In this document: positions 9,791 through 21,152 of the stretch, in pieces
Layout of the letters: the number at the start of each line of letters is the position of its first letter
Position numbering within the stretch: the stretch's first letter is position 1
Assembly: GCA_964603615.1 (NCBI GenBank)
Contig: CAZRVU010000002.1
Coordinates: forward strand, 9,677-73,676
Reading direction: 5' to 3'
Length of the DNA stretch: 64,000 bases
Source of the DNA: an uncultured Desulfovibrionaceae bacterium
GTDB lineage: Bacteria > Bacillota > Dethiobacteria > DTU022 > UBA8154
Notes under the pieces: model-generated
Told to the model about the DNA's origin: nothing
What the model saw: the letters and a program-made list of their open reading frames with translations, nothing else
The model's database searches: none
Made by a program: the position numbers and the translations under genes

Positions 9791-10705
9791 TCAGTTTTTT
9801 ATCTCTACATCAGGCAAAACCGCCTGTAAAGCACAAATAGCCACTTCCACCTGATCGTCAGCCGGATTTTTTGTCGTAAGCAACTGCAGCCACAAACCGG
9901 GTTGAGAAATAGCTCTGGTCAGAACATTGTCTTTGGCGCTGGCCAATTTGATGCCCTCGTAAGAGATCCCCGCCACCAATGGTAAAAGCAAAAGCCTGAT
10001 TACAATCCTTTGCCAGAGTGGGGGCCAGCCAAAAAAAGAAAAGAGCAAAATACTAACAACCATGACCACTAACAAAAAATTGGTTCCACAGCGCCTATGC
10101 AGCGTGCTGAAACCGCGGGCATGTTCCACCGTCAGCGGGCAGCCCGCCTCATAACAGGCTATCACCTTATGTTCTGCTCCATGGTATTGAAATACCCGCT
10201 CTATCTCTCCCCAACGGGAAATGGCAAAAATATAACTAAGAAAAATAACCAGACGCAGAACACCTTCTCCTAAATATAGTAAAAACGGCGTCTCTAACCA
10301 ATGTTTTAAAAAACCCATTAAAACGGTTGGTAAAAGAATAAAAAGGCCCACCCCTGCTGCCAGGGAAATAATTAACGTCAAGGGTAACTCCCATCCCCGG
10401 AGCTCCTCCTGCTCTTCCCCCAGCGCTTCTTCGGCAGAAAGAGAAAGGGAACGATACCCCAGGATCAAAGCTTCAATAAAAGCAACCCCGCCCCTAAAAA
10501 GCGGCCACTTCAAAATGCGGCAACGCCCGGCAAGCGAGTTAAATATTTTTTTTTGTACGGTAATGAGCCCTTCCCCCTGCCTCAGGGCAATGGCAATTAG
10601 GGAATTGTTACGCATCATCACCCCTTCAATGACAGCCTGACCGCCGATATTATGCCTTTTCCCGGACATCCCTTCACCCACCGCCTTTTTACTGCTGTGC
10701 GCCAT
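9791..10705 (-). CDS. DUF1385 family protein (YqhQ-like), start trimmed to internal Met
   Basis: Membrane protein with IGGQAVIEGVMMRNN and GAEHKVIACYEAG, signature of DUF1385; commonly between rpmE and prfA in Clostridia. The ORF extends to 10816 but would overlap rpmE. Confidence 0.7.
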   Translation of the reverse strand: MAHSSKKAVGEGMSGKRHNIGGQAVIEGVMMRNNSLIAIALRQGEGLITVQKKIFNSLAGRCRILKWPLFRGGVAFIEALILGYRSLSLSAEEALGEEQEELRGWELPLTLIISLAAGVGLFILLPTVLMGFLKHWLETPFLLYLGEGVLRLVIFLSYIFAISRWGEIERVFQYHGAEHKVIACYEAGCPLTVEHARGFSTLHRRCGTNFLLVVMVVSILLFSFFGWPPLWQRIVIRLLLLPLVAGISYEGIKLASAKDNVLTRAISQPGLWLQLLTTKNPADDQVEVAICALQAVLPDVEIKN

Positions 10706-10802
10706 CCCCGCCTTCTCCCGGCCAATACTATTGCCGGCAAGCAAAGTCATATCTTTTACCTTACCGGCAAAAGCAGGGCTGCAAGGAGCCCTGCCGAAAT
10801 TT

Positions 10803-11003
10803 TTATTCAAGTCCATACTTGCGTTTAAACCTTTCTACACGGCCTCCGGTATCCACAAATTTTTGCTTACCAGTAAAGAAGGGGTGACAATTGGAACAGA
10901 TCTCCACCCGCAGTTCTTTTTTGATAGAAGCTACATCATAAACCGAGCCGCAGGCACAGATGATTTTACTTTTCATATATTCAGGATGGATTCCTTTTTT
11001 CAT
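10803..11003 (-). CDS. rpmE: 50S ribosomal protein L31
   Basis: MKKGIHPEY...[11 protein letters not shown]...[13 protein letters not shown], a classic zinc-ribbon L31. Confidence 0.9.
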   Translation of the reverse strand: MKKGIHPEYMKSKIICACGSVYDVASIKKELRVEICSNCHPFFTGKQKFVDTGGRVERFKRKYGLE

Positions 11004-11192
11004 TTTGTTCACCTCTTTTCTAATTGCACTGCCACCGAATTTCCTGGATCCGGGGTTTCATACCCGGAAACTGATCCCCTATTTGGTAGAACCCGGCCGG
11101 TTTAAGAAGACAACCTTCAAGGTGCCCCCACCAGGTGATCTCCCCTCTCGGATAACATAAGTTGCAAAATAGCGCAAACTAGATAATAACAC

Positions 11193-11232
11193 AAAAATGC
11201 GGCCTTTGGCAAGATCAAGGCCGCATTTTTTC
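11193..11232 (-). terminator. Rho-independent terminator (hairpin ATGCGGCCTT/AAGGCCGCAT flanked by A-run and T-run; bidirectional)
   Basis: A 10-bp perfect GC-rich stem with a 10-nt loop, followed by a U-run on both strands; lies between the LysM/M23 gene and rpmE. Confidence 0.6.
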
Positions 11233-11249
11233 GCCCGCTCGTTCCGTTT

Positions 11250-12407
11250 CTAATTCCCGCTGCCGGGCAGAAAAGTCAAAGGATCAAAGCGTTGTTCGCC
11301 ATGGATAACTTCCCAGTGAAGATGAGGGCCGGTAGCATTGCCAGTCGCTCCAATCAAAGCAACGGGCTGTCCCCGGGACACTTTTTCATCTTCTTTCACC
11401 AGCAAACGGGAACAATGCGCATAAAGTGTTCTCCATTCGTTAGCATGCTCAATCACGAGCGTGAGCCCGTAACCCTGTTTTGTGCCGGTTTCCAGCACTG
11501 TTCCCGCTGCCGCAGCCTGAATCGTACTACCGTGGGGAATGGCTATATCCAAACCATAATGAAAGTCTCCCTTGCGCCAGCCATAAAGAGAGGAAAGCCT
11601 CCCTTTTACCGGCCAATCAAAGGAAGGGCACGGTGGCAAGGATCCCCTCAGCCCAAAACGGGAAGCTATGAGCGTAGCCTGTGCGGCCTTCCTTTCCAGG
11701 GTGGGCAGCACGCCCCCGGGGATCACCAGTTTTTGCCCGGGAACTAAAAGGGGCGTTCCTTCAAGAAGGTTAAAGGCGGTAATTACCTGCGAACTACTTT
11801 GGTAGCGCCCGGCAATAGATTTTATAGTATCACCCTCACAAACTATATGCATCGCCCCCGGTATGGCTAAAAGATCTAGAACCTGTCCGGGAAAAATTAA
11901 ATTGGGGTCATTTATCCTGTTCCAGCAGATTAAAGCTTCAAGATCTACCCGGTAAGAACGGGCAATATGGGTCAGCGTTTCGCCCGGGTGCACAGTATGT
12001 TGCAGCAGCGCTTTTTTTAAAGTTTCTTCTCTTTTTAATCTTGCCTGGTCTTCTTTGTACTTTTCAGCTTCAACGCTGTATTTCTCCAATTGCTGGAGGT
12101 AAAGGGGCTGCACCAGACCTGCCGTTTTGGTGTGATTTTCTAATTTGGCACCAGCTTCCGCTTTCATGGGAAAACACATGCTACAAACCCCCGCCAGCAG
12201 TAATACTAGACAAGCCGGCAGCAAAACTTTTCTTAATAGAAAAACAATAATTTTCTTTATAGTAAGAAGCAAGCCGGTGTTACTAGCAGATACAAGGCAA
12301 ACTCGCAACATTACCGAACACTCTCCATCTATTGGAATGCTACTAGTTTTTACCCTTGTTAAAAAAAATATACACATTTGTCCAAAAAAAGCATGGTTTA
12401 GTGCCAC
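11250..12407 (-). CDS. LysM-domain peptidoglycan hydrolase, M23 peptidase family (start uncertain)
   Basis: Two LysM repeats (HPGETLTHIARSYRV...; EGDTIKSIAGRYQSS...) and a C-terminal M23 domain (HYGLDIAIPHGSTIQAAAAGTV...GPHLHWEV). The N-terminal ~40 aa of the ORF are probably not translated. Confidence 0.8.
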   Translation of the reverse strand: MALNHAFFGQMCIFFLTRVKTSSIPIDGECSVMLRVCLVSASNTGLLLTIKKIIVFLLRKVLLPACLVLLLAGVCSMCFPMKAEAGAKLENHTKTAGLVQPLYLQQLEKYSVEAEKYKEDQARLKREETLKKALLQHTVHPGETLTHIARSYRVDLEALICWNRINDPNLIFPGQVLDLLAIPGAMHIVCEGDTIKSIAGRYQSSSQVITAFNLLEGTPLLVPGQKLVIPGGVLPTLERKAAQATLIASRFGLRGSLPPCPSFDWPVKGRLSSLYGWRKGDFHYGLDIAIPHGSTIQAAAAGTVLETGTKQGYGLTLVIEHANEWRTLYAHCSRLLVKEDEKVSRGQPVALIGATGNATGPHLHWEVIHGEQRFDPLTFLPGSGN

Positions 12408-12470
12408 AGGACAGCTAGATCCGTCCTAAAAAAATGATTCTACCTTAAATTTATTTAAAGGGGTCCTTCT

Positions 12471-13715
12471 TTATAAATTATGAAGGTTGGAAAGAAAGGA
12501 GGCATTATTTTCCGTTTTTTTAAGGCGTTCGATTAAAGCCTCCAAAAAATCTGTGGAAGAGGTAACATTCATCGTCCGCCGCAAGGCCCACATCAGCTCG
12601 ATAGTCGCATTGTCGAGAAGCAATTCTTCCCGCCGCGTCCCGGAACGCGGGATATCGATCGCCGGAAAATAACGGCGCTCGGCAAGTTTGCGATCCAGGT
12701 GCAGTTCCAGGTTGCCCGTACCCTTGAATTCTTCATAGATCACATCGTCCATACGGCTCCCTGTCTCGATCAAAGCCGTGGCCAGCATCGTCAGGCTGCC
12801 CCCTTCTTCAATGTTGCGGGCTGCCCCAAAGAAACGCTTGGGTTTGTAAAAAGCCGCCGGATCGATCCCCCCGGAAAGCGTCCTGCCGCTGGGGGGAATT
12901 ACAAGATTATAGGCACGGGTCATTCTAGTAATACTGTCGAGGAGGATAACGACATCCAGACCCTGTTCGATCATGCGTTGTGCCCTTTCTAGCACGAGTT
13001 CAGTCAAGCGAATATGATTTTCTGGCCGTTCATCAAAAGTGGAACTTAACACTTCCCCCCGGACAGAGCGGCGCATATCCGTCACTTCTTCCGGTCTTTC
13101 ATCAATAAGTAAAACGATCAGCTCTAAATCGGAATAATTTTCTGTTAAACTATTGGCAATTTTTTTTAATAACATCGTTTTACCCGCCTTGGGGGGTGAA
13201 ACGATCAACCCCCGCTGCCCTTTGCCGACAGGAATGAGTAGATCGATAATGCGCGTGGCATAATCATCCGTATTTTTTTCCAAAATTAGCTGTTCCTGCG
13301 GGTGAATCGGTGTCAACTCCGTAAAAAAAGGACGGCCAGCCGCTTTCTCCGGATCCTCTTTATTCACCGCTTCTACCTGTAAAAGAGCAAAATAACGTTC
13401 GTTTTCTTTGGGCGGCCGCACTTTGCCGGCAACCAGATCCCCGGTCCGCAACCCAAAGCGCCGGATTTGCGAAGCGGAGATATAAATATCGTCTTCATGA
13501 GGCAAATAATTGACCCGCCGTAAAAAACCATAACCATCGGGCATAATTTCCAGGACGCCCTGTGAAAATATGAGTCCTTCCGCTTCTGTTTCCTGCCTGA
13601 GTAGGGCGAACATCAACTCCTTTTTTTTCATCGTGCTAATCCCTTTAATTTCGTTTTCCTTGGCTACGCTGTGCAACTCTTCTAAATTCATCGTTTCCAT
13701 TTCACTTAAACGCAT
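12471..13715 (-). CDS. rho: Transcription termination factor Rho
   Basis: 414 aa; Walker A (SPPKAGKT), RecA-like core and C-terminal [35 protein letters not shown]. Confidence 0.95.
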   Translation of the reverse strand: MRLSEMETMNLEELHSVAKENEIKGISTMKKKELMFALLRQETEAEGLIFSQGVLEIMPDGYGFLRRVNYLPHEDDIYISASQIRRFGLRTGDLVAGKVRPPKENERYFALLQVEAVNKEDPEKAAGRPFFTELTPIHPQEQLILEKNTDDYATRIIDLLIPVGKGQRGLIVSPPKAGKTMLLKKIANSLTENYSDLELIVLLIDERPEEVTDMRRSVRGEVLSSTFDERPENHIRLTELVLERAQRMIEQGLDVVILLDSITRMTRAYNLVIPPSGRTLSGGIDPAAFYKPKRFFGAARNIEEGGSLTMLATALIETGSRMDDVIYEEFKGTGNLELHLDRKLAERRYFPAIDIPRSGTRREELLLDNATIELMWALRRTMNVTSSTDFLEALIERLKKTENNASFLSNLHNL

Positions 13716-13764
13716 AAAAAATTCTCCTACCTTCTAACCTGTTATATGCCTTTTTTCCACTTTT

Positions 13765-14748
13765 TTAACGCGCCGCAAAAAGAAAGACCAGTGTAAATAT
13801 ATAGCTGATAATAATAAAATACGAGGTGATACCCATTCTTAAAAAATGCCGCCGTAAAGGAAAAAGAAGGCTGATTAAAATCACCAAAGAGAGAAAAACT
13901 CCCATCAAAGCCACAATTAAATTTTGAGGGGAAAAATGAAGAGTTAGGGGGCCCTGTCGGTAAAATAGATCGGCAATAAAAAGAATGAACACATCCAGAA
14001 AATTGGCACCGAAAACATTGGCCACAGCCATCTCCACAAAGCCGAGACGGACTGCAGTCATCGTTGTCACCAACTCCGGCAAGGAGGTGGTAATTGCAAC
14101 AAAGATTACGCCTGCTAAGGTTTGGCCCAAACCTGTTTCTGTGGAAATAGAAGCGGCAGTATCAGTCAAATTGGTACCCGCTAAGAAAATAACCAACGCC
14201 GCCAGGCCAAAAAGGAAAAGACTACGGAAAAGTTCTTTACCACGACCGGTTATCTTGTCACTTTGCACCGTCTTAGAGCGATTTTTTTCCAAGCTCATAA
14301 TCGCCCCGCCACCCAACAAATAGACGGCGAGAATGGCTAGACTGTCCAGGCCAATCCATCCCAGGCGATAAGGCAGCGCCAACGTGAAACCGATGATGGA
14401 GACGACAAGGATGAGCATGCTCATCAGGACCGTCAACAATAGCGTTCTTTTGCGTCGCGCTATTAGAGGCCCCCGTCCCTGCAGGAGATCGATCAGCGCA
14501 ATGAGGGTTAAATTGAAGAGAATACTACCGTAGATATTACCGCCAATTAAATCTGGAGCGGCGATTAAAGCTGCCCGGAGAGAAGTGACCAACTCTGGTA
14601 GCGATGTGGCCAAAGGCAAAAGAAGTGCTCCTGCCCAAGTTCGGCCCAAGCCAAGACTTACCGCGATTTTTTCAGCATTTTTTGTTAATTGCATGCCGGC
14701 TAAAACAATAAGAGCGGCATCAAGAAAAAATAACAGCCAGATGTTCAA
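13765..14748 (-). CDS. Ca2+/cation antiporter (CaCA/YrbG family) membrane protein
   Basis: 327-aa multi-TM protein with two alpha-repeat motifs (ATSLPELVTSL and TTSLPELVTTM). Confidence 0.8.
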   Translation of the reverse strand: MNIWLLFFLDAALIVLAGMQLTKNAEKIAVSLGLGRTWAGALLLPLATSLPELVTSLRAALIAAPDLIGGNIYGSILFNLTLIALIDLLQGRGPLIARRKRTLLLTVLMSMLILVVSIIGFTLALPYRLGWIGLDSLAILAVYLLGGGAIMSLEKNRSKTVQSDKITGRGKELFRSLFLFGLAALVIFLAGTNLTDTAASISTETGLGQTLAGVIFVAITTSLPELVTTMTAVRLGFVEMAVANVFGANFLDVFILFIADLFYRQGPLTLHFSPQNLIVALMGVFLSLVILISLLFPLRRHFLRMGITSYFIIISYIFTLVFLFAAR

Positions 14749-14986
14749 TATTTTGCCCCGGTTGGCCCCGAATTATAAGCCCGTTGGCACCAGGTCCTAC
14801 CTCCTGATGTTCAAAATTAAAGGCGGTAGACGCGCTTGCAGCCTGGCCAGATCTGTGGTTTAACCCCACAGGTTTTTAGGGCACAGGAGTTAAGGCTTTC
14901 ATCCAATACTCTACCGGACTCTACCGGGCAGCTCCGCCTCGGATTTCGCTAAAATCTTACAGCACCAATCATTACAGCCAAAATAT

Positions 14987-15982
14987 CTACCGATCCCTGG
15001 CCACACAATCCCTGGCCACATAATGAGGTTTAATATCCAGGCGGTGTGTAGCCTGTACAAAACGCACTGTCCCGGTCATACTTCTCATTACCACCGAGTG
15101 GGTTTTCGCCCGCTGGCCACTATACCTTACACCCTGTAAAAGATCGCCGTCAGTAATCCCGCTTGCAGCAAAAATAACATCATTCCCTTGGATAAAATCC
15201 TCCATGAGTAACAGTTGCTCGGGTTCCTCAAGCCCCATGGACTTGATTCTGGCAACATCTTTTTCATTTTCCGGAATAAGACGCCCCTGTATCTCCCCAC
15301 CCAAACACTTCAGTGCCGCTGCAGCCAAAACCCCTTCCGGCGCGCCACCGATCCCAAAAAGGATATCCACATCGGACCAATCTGCCGCAGTAGCAATTGC
15401 CGCAGAAACATCGCCGTCAGTAATCAGTTTTACCCGTGCGCCAAGTCGGCGTAGTTCTTGAATAATGTGCTCATGCCGCGGGCGATCGAGGATAATAGCT
15501 ACGACATCCTCCACCTTTTTATCCAGAGCCTTGGCTACCTGTTTAACATTTTCCTCCACAGAAGCATCGAGGCTAATCAGGCCTTTGGCCCGGGGGCCTA
15601 CTGCTATTTTATCCATGTAAATATCCGGAGAATGCAACAGGCAATTACGTGGCGCCACTGCTAAAACAGAAAGGGCATTGGGCAAACCTTTGGCCACCAA
15701 ATTCGTGCCCTCCAGGGGATCCACGGCCACATCTAGCTGCGGGGGCATCCCCCCGCCAACTTTTTCACCGATGTAGAGCATCGGAGCCTGGTCGATCTCT
15801 CCTTCACCGATAACCACTACGCCATCGATATAGACTGTATTAAATGCTGTACGCATCGCCTCTACTGCAGCAGCATCGGCAGCTATTTTGTCCCCTCGTC
15901 CCATAAACCTTCCCGTAGCTAATGCGGCGGCCTCAGTTACACGAACAAATTCCAAGGCTAGCTCGCGTTCCATAAGAGCCAT
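14987..15982 (-). CDS. glpX: Fructose-1,6-bisphosphatase class II (GlpX)
   Basis: [41 protein letters not shown]...[21 protein letters not shown] matches GlpX; preceded by RBS GGGGGGAAG. Confidence 0.9.
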   Translation of the reverse strand: MALMERELALEFVRVTEAAALATGRFMGRGDKIAADAAAVEAMRTAFNTVYIDGVVVIGEGEIDQAPMLYIGEKVGGGMPPQLDVAVDPLEGTNLVAKGLPNALSVLAVAPRNCLLHSPDIYMDKIAVGPRAKGLISLDASVEENVKQVAKALDKKVEDVVAIILDRPRHEHIIQELRRLGARVKLITDGDVSAAIATAADWSDVDILFGIGGAPEGVLAAAALKCLGGEIQGRLIPENEKDVARIKSMGLEEPEQLLLMEDFIQGNDVIFAASGITDGDLLQGVRYSGQRAKTHSVVMRSMTGTVRFVQATHRLDIKPHYVARDCVARDR

Positions 15983-16045
15983 GCTCTTCCCCCCTGACAT
16001 AATTGCTCTTATCAAAGCATTGCTTAGGAATATTACTGCGAAGAC

Positions 16046-16717
16046 CTACTGATACTTATGCTTCCAATCTGCCAAAAAACGTTCCACGCCAAGATCGGTA
16101 AGCGGGTGCCGCGTCATCTGCTTGAGGACGCTAAAAGGAACAGTAGCAATCTGTGCTCCAGCCAGGGCTACATCCTGAACATGACGGGGATGACGTATAC
16201 TGGCCGCAATAATTTTTGTGTCTAGAGCCTGTACTCTGAAAATAGCGGCCATTTCCCGGACTAAACCCACACCATCCCAACCAAGATCGTCTATCCGCCC
16301 AATAAAGGGGCTGACATAACGGGCCCCTGCCCGTGCCGCCAGTAATGCCTGGTTGGCAGAAAAAACAAGGGTTACATTACAAGGGACTATCTTGGAGGTC
16401 CGGCTTAGATTATAAACAGTTTTTAAACCCTCCACTCCCATCGGTATTTTAATGACGACGTTCGGCGCAATTTCCGCCAGGAGACGTGCTTCTTTCTCCA
16501 TCTCTTCAGACAAGGTAGATAAAACCTCAACACTAACCGGCCTACTTTCCCCCAACAATTGGCAAATTTGCCGGATCAAACTATCAAAGGAGCCGGTTTC
16601 TTTAGCTGCCAGCGTGGGGTTGGTCGTTAAACCGCTAATCACTCCCCAGGAAAGAGCCTCTTCAATTTCTTCTAGGTTGGCTGTATCAAGAAAAAGCTGC
16701 ACTGTCTTTTCCCCCAA
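16046..16717 (-). CDS. tal: Transaldolase (short Fsa/TalC subfamily)
   Basis: 223 aa; LFLDTANLEEI...GLTTNPTL...VSPFIGRIDD...ADWK matches B. subtilis Tal. Confidence 0.9.
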   Translation of the reverse strand: MGEKTVQLFLDTANLEEIEEALSWGVISGLTTNPTLAAKETGSFDSLIRQICQLLGESRPVSVEVLSTLSEEMEKEARLLAEIAPNVVIKIPMGVEGLKTVYNLSRTSKIVPCNVTLVFSANQALLAARAGARYVSPFIGRIDDLGWDGVGLVREMAAIFRVQALDTKIIAASIRHPRHVQDVALAGAQIATVPFSVLKQMTRHPLTDLGVERFLADWKHKYQ

Positions 16718-16726
16718 TGAAGTCTT

Positions 16727-17581
16727 TTATGCCTTACCGGAACAACCAAAAAGACGCATTTTTTCTTTAATCACTTTCTTCGCCGCTTCTTTCCCCGGGC
16801 CAAGCATATTGCGAGGATCGATGTTCTCCGGATTGGCCTGCATATAATCCATAACCGCCCGGACAAAAGCCTGCCGGATCTCCGTATCGATGTTCATCTT
16901 GGTGACCCCCAGGGCTGCCGCCTGCCGGATGGCTTTATCCGGAACCCCGGAGGAACCATGCAGCACGATAGAAGCGTTACAGCGCTCCTTGATCTGCTTC
17001 AAACGAGGAAAATCCAACTCCGGTTCCCATTTATAGGGGCCGTGTGCAGTACCTATCGCCACTGCCAAGGCATCTACTGCTGTTTCTTGCACAAAGCGTT
17101 CCGCTTCTGCCGGATCGGTAAAAAAAGCATCCCGCTCCTCCACGGTAACATCATCCTCTGTGCCCCCGATTTTACCCAGCTCCCCTTCCACAGAGACACC
17201 AACGGCACGGGCAATCTCCACCACACGCCGCGTCATGGCAATATTTTCTTCTAAAGGAAGTTTGGAGCCATCATACATCACGGAGCTAAACCCGTAACGG
17301 ATACAACGCAAGACCTGTTCAAAATCAGTCCCATGGTCTAGATGCAGGACAACGGGTACTTTCACGCCCGCGGCTGCAGACTTGACCAATCCCACGATAA
17401 AATCCAGTCCGGCATATTTGATTGCGCCCTGGCTGGCTTGCACGATCACTGGAGAGTTTTCTTCGGCCGCAGATTCAATGATTGCCTGCACAATCTCCAT
17501 ATTGTTGGCATTAAAAGCTCCTACGGCATAACCTCCTTTTGCAGCGGGTTCCAAGACTTCATTTAAGCCCACCAGATTCAT
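16727..17581 (-). CDS. fba: Fructose-bisphosphate aldolase class II
   Basis: 284 aa; GGYAVGAFNANNMEIVQAI, PVVLHLDHG and GVTKMNIDTE, the class II FBA motifs. Confidence 0.9.
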   Translation of the reverse strand: MNLVGLNEVLEPAAKGGYAVGAFNANNMEIVQAIIESAAEENSPVIVQASQGAIKYAGLDFIVGLVKSAAAGVKVPVVLHLDHGTDFEQVLRCIRYGFSSVMYDGSKLPLEENIAMTRRVVEIARAVGVSVEGELGKIGGTEDDVTVEERDAFFTDPAEAERFVQETAVDALAVAIGTAHGPYKWEPELDFPRLKQIKERCNASIVLHGSSGVPDKAIRQAAALGVTKMNIDTEIRQAFVRAVMDYMQANPENIDPRNMLGPGKEAAKKVIKEKMRLFGCSGKA

Positions 17582-17665
17582 TATTCTTGCTCCTTTCTCC
17601 TCGTAAAATAATTAAATTTTACTGCAACCGGACAATTTCTGGAAAAAGCCCGGCCGATCCCTTTT

Positions 17666-18352
17666 TCAAAACAAAACATTCCCACCCGGTAGTTTTTCTA
17701 TAAACTGCACCATCAAAGGAAACAAAAACACGATCACTAACATAAGAAAAAGAATTATCGCTCCCAAAACAGCCAAAACGGGCAGAAAATAAGAAAGCGC
17801 CGCCCGCCCCCAGGAAAACTCGTGGACGACCCGTAAACCACCAATCTTCAGCCACAAAGACCATAAAAGGGCCACGGTTGTCAAAAAGCCAATCGTATTA
17901 AAGGCCATATAGCGGTTTAAAAGCCCTCCCAAAGCAACGACAACGTAGGGAAGCTGCCCATATCCTAAAACCGCTCCCAGAGCAAAAACATGACCCCTCC
18001 CTCCCAAAAGCTCAGCGGCAAAGTTTCTGACGGCCACCATTAATAAAAAATATAACGGTCCAAATACAAGTTGTGTTAGTAGGGTGGCCAAAGGAAAGAA
18101 ACGGGATACATTTTCCTCCATTTCCGGAGAAAAAAAAGAGGCAGCTTCCGGTGGCATCATAAAAGCACCTTGTCCCAACCCGCCGTTTAGACTAATATTA
18201 TTAATATTAATTGTAGCCAAAGAAACAATTATGCTCACCGATAAATAAACAGCCAACCCGCTCCAAATGTTTCTGGTCCGGGCAATGCGGGGCAGGCCTT
18301 TAGAATAATTGAATAATATATCAAAAAAATCATCAAAAACTTCTTTAAACAT
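17666..18352 (-). CDS. Integral membrane protein (Yip1/DUF1282-like, tentative)
   Basis: 228 aa, about five predicted TM helices and Gly-rich segments; no catalytic motif recognised. Confidence 0.45.
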   Translation of the reverse strand: MFKEVFDDFFDILFNYSKGLPRIARTRNIWSGLAVYLSVSIIVSLATININNISLNGGLGQGAFMMPPEAASFFSPEMEENVSRFFPLATLLTQLVFGPLYFLLMVAVRNFAAELLGGRGHVFALGAVLGYGQLPYVVVALGGLLNRYMAFNTIGFLTTVALLWSLWLKIGGLRVVHEFSWGRAALSYFLPVLAVLGAIILFLMLVIVFLFPLMVQFIEKLPGGNVLF

Positions 18353-18371
18353 AGCGCCTCCTCATTTTTCT

Positions 18372-19244
18372 TTATTGAACCAGCAGGCTCCGCTCCCGCA
18401 AGAAAGAAGGAAAAAAATTGTTCCCCCCCTGTGAACCCGCCAGCATCATATTCCAGAATCCCCGGCGGCCATAACGGTATATTTGAGGTTTTCCTTCAAT
18501 GCCAGCTTTTTTAGCAGCAATATCCAAGGCATCATAAAGATTGCCCAGTTCGTCAACCAACCCCACCTTCAGAGCCTGTTGGCCGGTTAAAACCCGCCCA
18601 TCGGCATAAGCCAACACTTTTTCACGACTTAATCCCCGCCCCTCTGCGACGATATCTACAAATTGTTCATAAATATCCATGACCATCGTCTCCAACAGTT
18701 CTTTCTCTGCAACAGTTAGGGGGCGGGCAGGGTTTAAAGTATCCTTATAAATACCACTTTTAATTACCTCATAATCAATGCCCAACAGATCATACAGCCC
18801 CTGTAAATTGGTGGCGTCGATGATTACGCCAATACTCCCTGTAATAGTAGCCGGATTAGCCACGATGTAATCAGCAGCACAGGCAATCATATATCCGCCG
18901 GAAGCAGCCATATCGGCCATAGAAACAATGACGAGTTTGCCTTTTTGCCGGACTTTTTGCAGCTCCGCATATATTTCTTGTGAAGCAGCGGCAGATCCAC
19001 CCGGGCTGTTAATCCGTATAACTAAAGCTTTAATCGGGTCTTCCCCGGCCTGGCGGATATCCGCCAAAAGACTGTCTCCTCCAATTACCTCTGAAAACAG
19101 CCCTGCCTCCCCGGCAGAAATCGTGCCCTGAACAGTAATTAAACCAATCGTATTTTCAGTAGCGGAAAAGGTTTTACGCCCCCTTAGAGCAGAAGGGGAA
19201 AAAAATTCCTTCACACCTAAAAAGACAGCAAATAAGAGGAGCAC
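18372..19244 (-). CDS. sppA: Signal peptide peptidase SppA (S49 family, 36K type)
   Basis: S49 peptidase core GSIGVIIDATNLQGLYDLLGIDYEVIKSGIYKD and MADMAASGGYMIA. The start is non-ATG (GTG or an upstream AUC with RBS AAGGGGG). Confidence 0.8.
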   Translation of the reverse strand: MLLLFAVFLGVKEFFSPSALRGRKTFSATENTIGLITVQGTISAGEAGLFSEVIGGDSLLADIRQAGEDPIKALVIRINSPGGSAAASQEIYAELQKVRQKGKLVIVSMADMAASGGYMIACAADYIVANPATITGSIGVIIDATNLQGLYDLLGIDYEVIKSGIYKDTLNPARPLTVAEKELLETMVMDIYEQFVDIVAEGRGLSREKVLAYADGRVLTGQQALKVGLVDELGNLYDALDIAAKKAGIEGKPQIYRYGRRGFWNMMLAGSQGGNNFFPSFLRERSLLVQ

Positions 19245-19475
19245 AAAGACAACGGCACTGATAATATATTTCCGGCTGATAAAAAGACCCCCTTTTTACC
19301 ATTTCACTTCTTAATTGAAACCTGCCGCAACCTTCACCGCCCTGTACTAGATACTATTTCTCCTTTTGTAAATTCATTCCTGCCAATTATTTAAAAATCC
19401 TTTTTCAACCCCCACGATCTTTAGTACCCTTCGACCTTAAATATCTCCCACCCGGGAAAAAAATATCCCCGCTCT

Positions 19476-21101
19476 TTAAAGAGGGGGAAGGTTCAACTGG
19501 GTATTGATAAAATCCATAAAAAGCGGGTGCGGCCTGTGCGGGCGAGATTTAAATTCGGGATGAAACTGCGTCGCCAGATACCAGGGATGGCCTGCCAACT
19601 CCACGATCTCCGCCACCTGATCTTCCGGGTGGAAGCCGGTGACAAACAAGCCGGCTGTTGCCATGTTTTCTTGAAAAGAGTAGTTAAATTTATACCCGTG
19701 CCGGTGCCTTTCGTCGACGATATCTTTTTGGTAGGCCTGGTAAGCGCGGCTATCACGCAGCAGCGTGCAGGGATAGGTTCCCAGCCGCATCCTCCCCCTG
19801 TAAAGAGATAGCTCCTGTTCTTCGCCCCCCGGCAAAGGCTCGATCACTGCTTGCGGGGTTTTGGGATCAAATTCCAGCGAGTGGGCCTTTTGCAGGCCGC
19901 CAACATTTCTGGCCACCTCGATGATCGCACAATGCATGCCCAGGCAAAGCCCCAAAAAGGGTACCCTTTTTTCGCGGGCAAAACGCGCCGCTTCAATTTT
20001 ACCTTCAATACCCCTTTCGCCAAACCCCCCGGGCACTACAATCCCCTGAACGCCAGCAAAAAGTGCCTCGCGCTCCTCTTTTGTGGCCAGCGCCTCGATC
20101 TGCTCCGCCCCGATCCAGCGAATCTTCACCTTCACATCGTGACAGGCTCCGGCATGACTTAGCGCTTCAACCAAGCTGGTATAAGAATCCTTATACGCGG
20201 TATATTTTCCTACGAGGGCAATCGTCATCTTTTTCTGCAGCCTGTTAATCCCCCGGACCATCTTCTTCCAGGCAAAAAGATCGGCTTTTTTGCGGGGCAA
20301 CCCAATTTTCTCCAGCACAATTTTATCCAGGCCTTCCTCCTTGAGAATCAAGGGCACCTCATAAATATTGTTAGAAGTTTTATTTTCAATTACTTCCCGG
20401 GCATTGATATCGCAGAAAAGAGCAATTTTATCCTTGATCTCCCCGGTCAGGGGGTGCTCTGTTCTGCAGACAATCACATCCGGTTGGATACCGATGCCAC
20501 GCAGTTCTTTCACACTGTGCTGCGTAGGTTTTGTTTTAAGCTCCTCGGACGGTTCTAAATAGGGGATCAGGGTCACATGGATATAACATACATTTTCCTT
20601 GCCCTGATCTGTTTTCATCTGGCGGATCGCCTCTAAAAAAGGAAGGCTCTCGATATCCCCAACCGTCCCCCCTATTTCACAGATGATTACCTCCGCACCC
20701 GCATCCCTGGCTGCACGCTTAATGTTCGTTTTAATTTCATTGGTAATGTGCGGAATAACCTGGACCGTTCCCCCCCCGTATTCGCCGCGGCGTTCTTTAT
20801 TCAGCACCGACCAGTATATCTTCCCGGTCGTCACGTTGTTATTTTTTGTTAAGTTGGCGTCAATAAACCGCTCATAATGTCCCAGATCCATGTCCGTTTC
20901 CGTCCCATCGTCGGTCACAAATATCTCCCCGTGCTGGTAAGGGCTCATCGTCCCCGGATCTACGTTGATGTAGGGATCCAGCTTTTGAATGGTGACTTTA
21001 AAACCACGGCTCTTTAACAAGCACCCTAAAGAAGCTGCTGTAATGCCTTTACCCAGCGAGGACACTACCCCCCCGGTGATAAAAACATATTTGGCAACCA
21101 T
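19476..21101 (-). CDS. pyrG: CTP synthase
   Basis: 541 aa; [20 protein letters not shown], a glutamine amidotransferase domain with GLCLGMH and the C-terminal HPEF motif. Confidence 0.95.
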   Translation of the reverse strand: MVAKYVFITGGVVSSLGKGITAASLGCLLKSRGFKVTIQKLDPYINVDPGTMSPYQHGEIFVTDDGTETDMDLGHYERFIDANLTKNNNVTTGKIYWSVLNKERRGEYGGGTVQVIPHITNEIKTNIKRAARDAGAEVIICEIGGTVGDIESLPFLEAIRQMKTDQGKENVCYIHVTLIPYLEPSEELKTKPTQHSVKELRGIGIQPDVIVCRTEHPLTGEIKDKIALFCDINAREVIENKTSNNIYEVPLILKEEGLDKIVLEKIGLPRKKADLFAWKKMVRGINRLQKKMTIALVGKYTAYKDSYTSLVEALSHAGACHDVKVKIRWIGAEQIEALATKEEREALFAGVQGIVVPGGFGERGIEGKIEAARFAREKRVPFLGLCLGMHCAIIEVARNVGGLQKAHSLEFDPKTPQAVIEPLPGGEEQELSLYRGRMRLGTYPCTLLRDSRAYQAYQKDIVDERHRHGYKFNYSFQENMATAGLFVTGFHPEDQVAEIVELAGHPWYLATQFHPEFKSRPHRPHPLFMDFINTQLNLPPL

Positions 21102-21152
21102 GTTTTTCGTCTCCTTTTCCCCGGTTTTCGATGCCCGGGAAGCTAATAAAAA

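Noticed and set aside
17619-17864. 81-aa minus-strand ORF overlapping the 3' part of the Yip1-like membrane gene
   Set aside because: It is out of frame and overlaps a longer ORF with coherent TM topology; no RBS.
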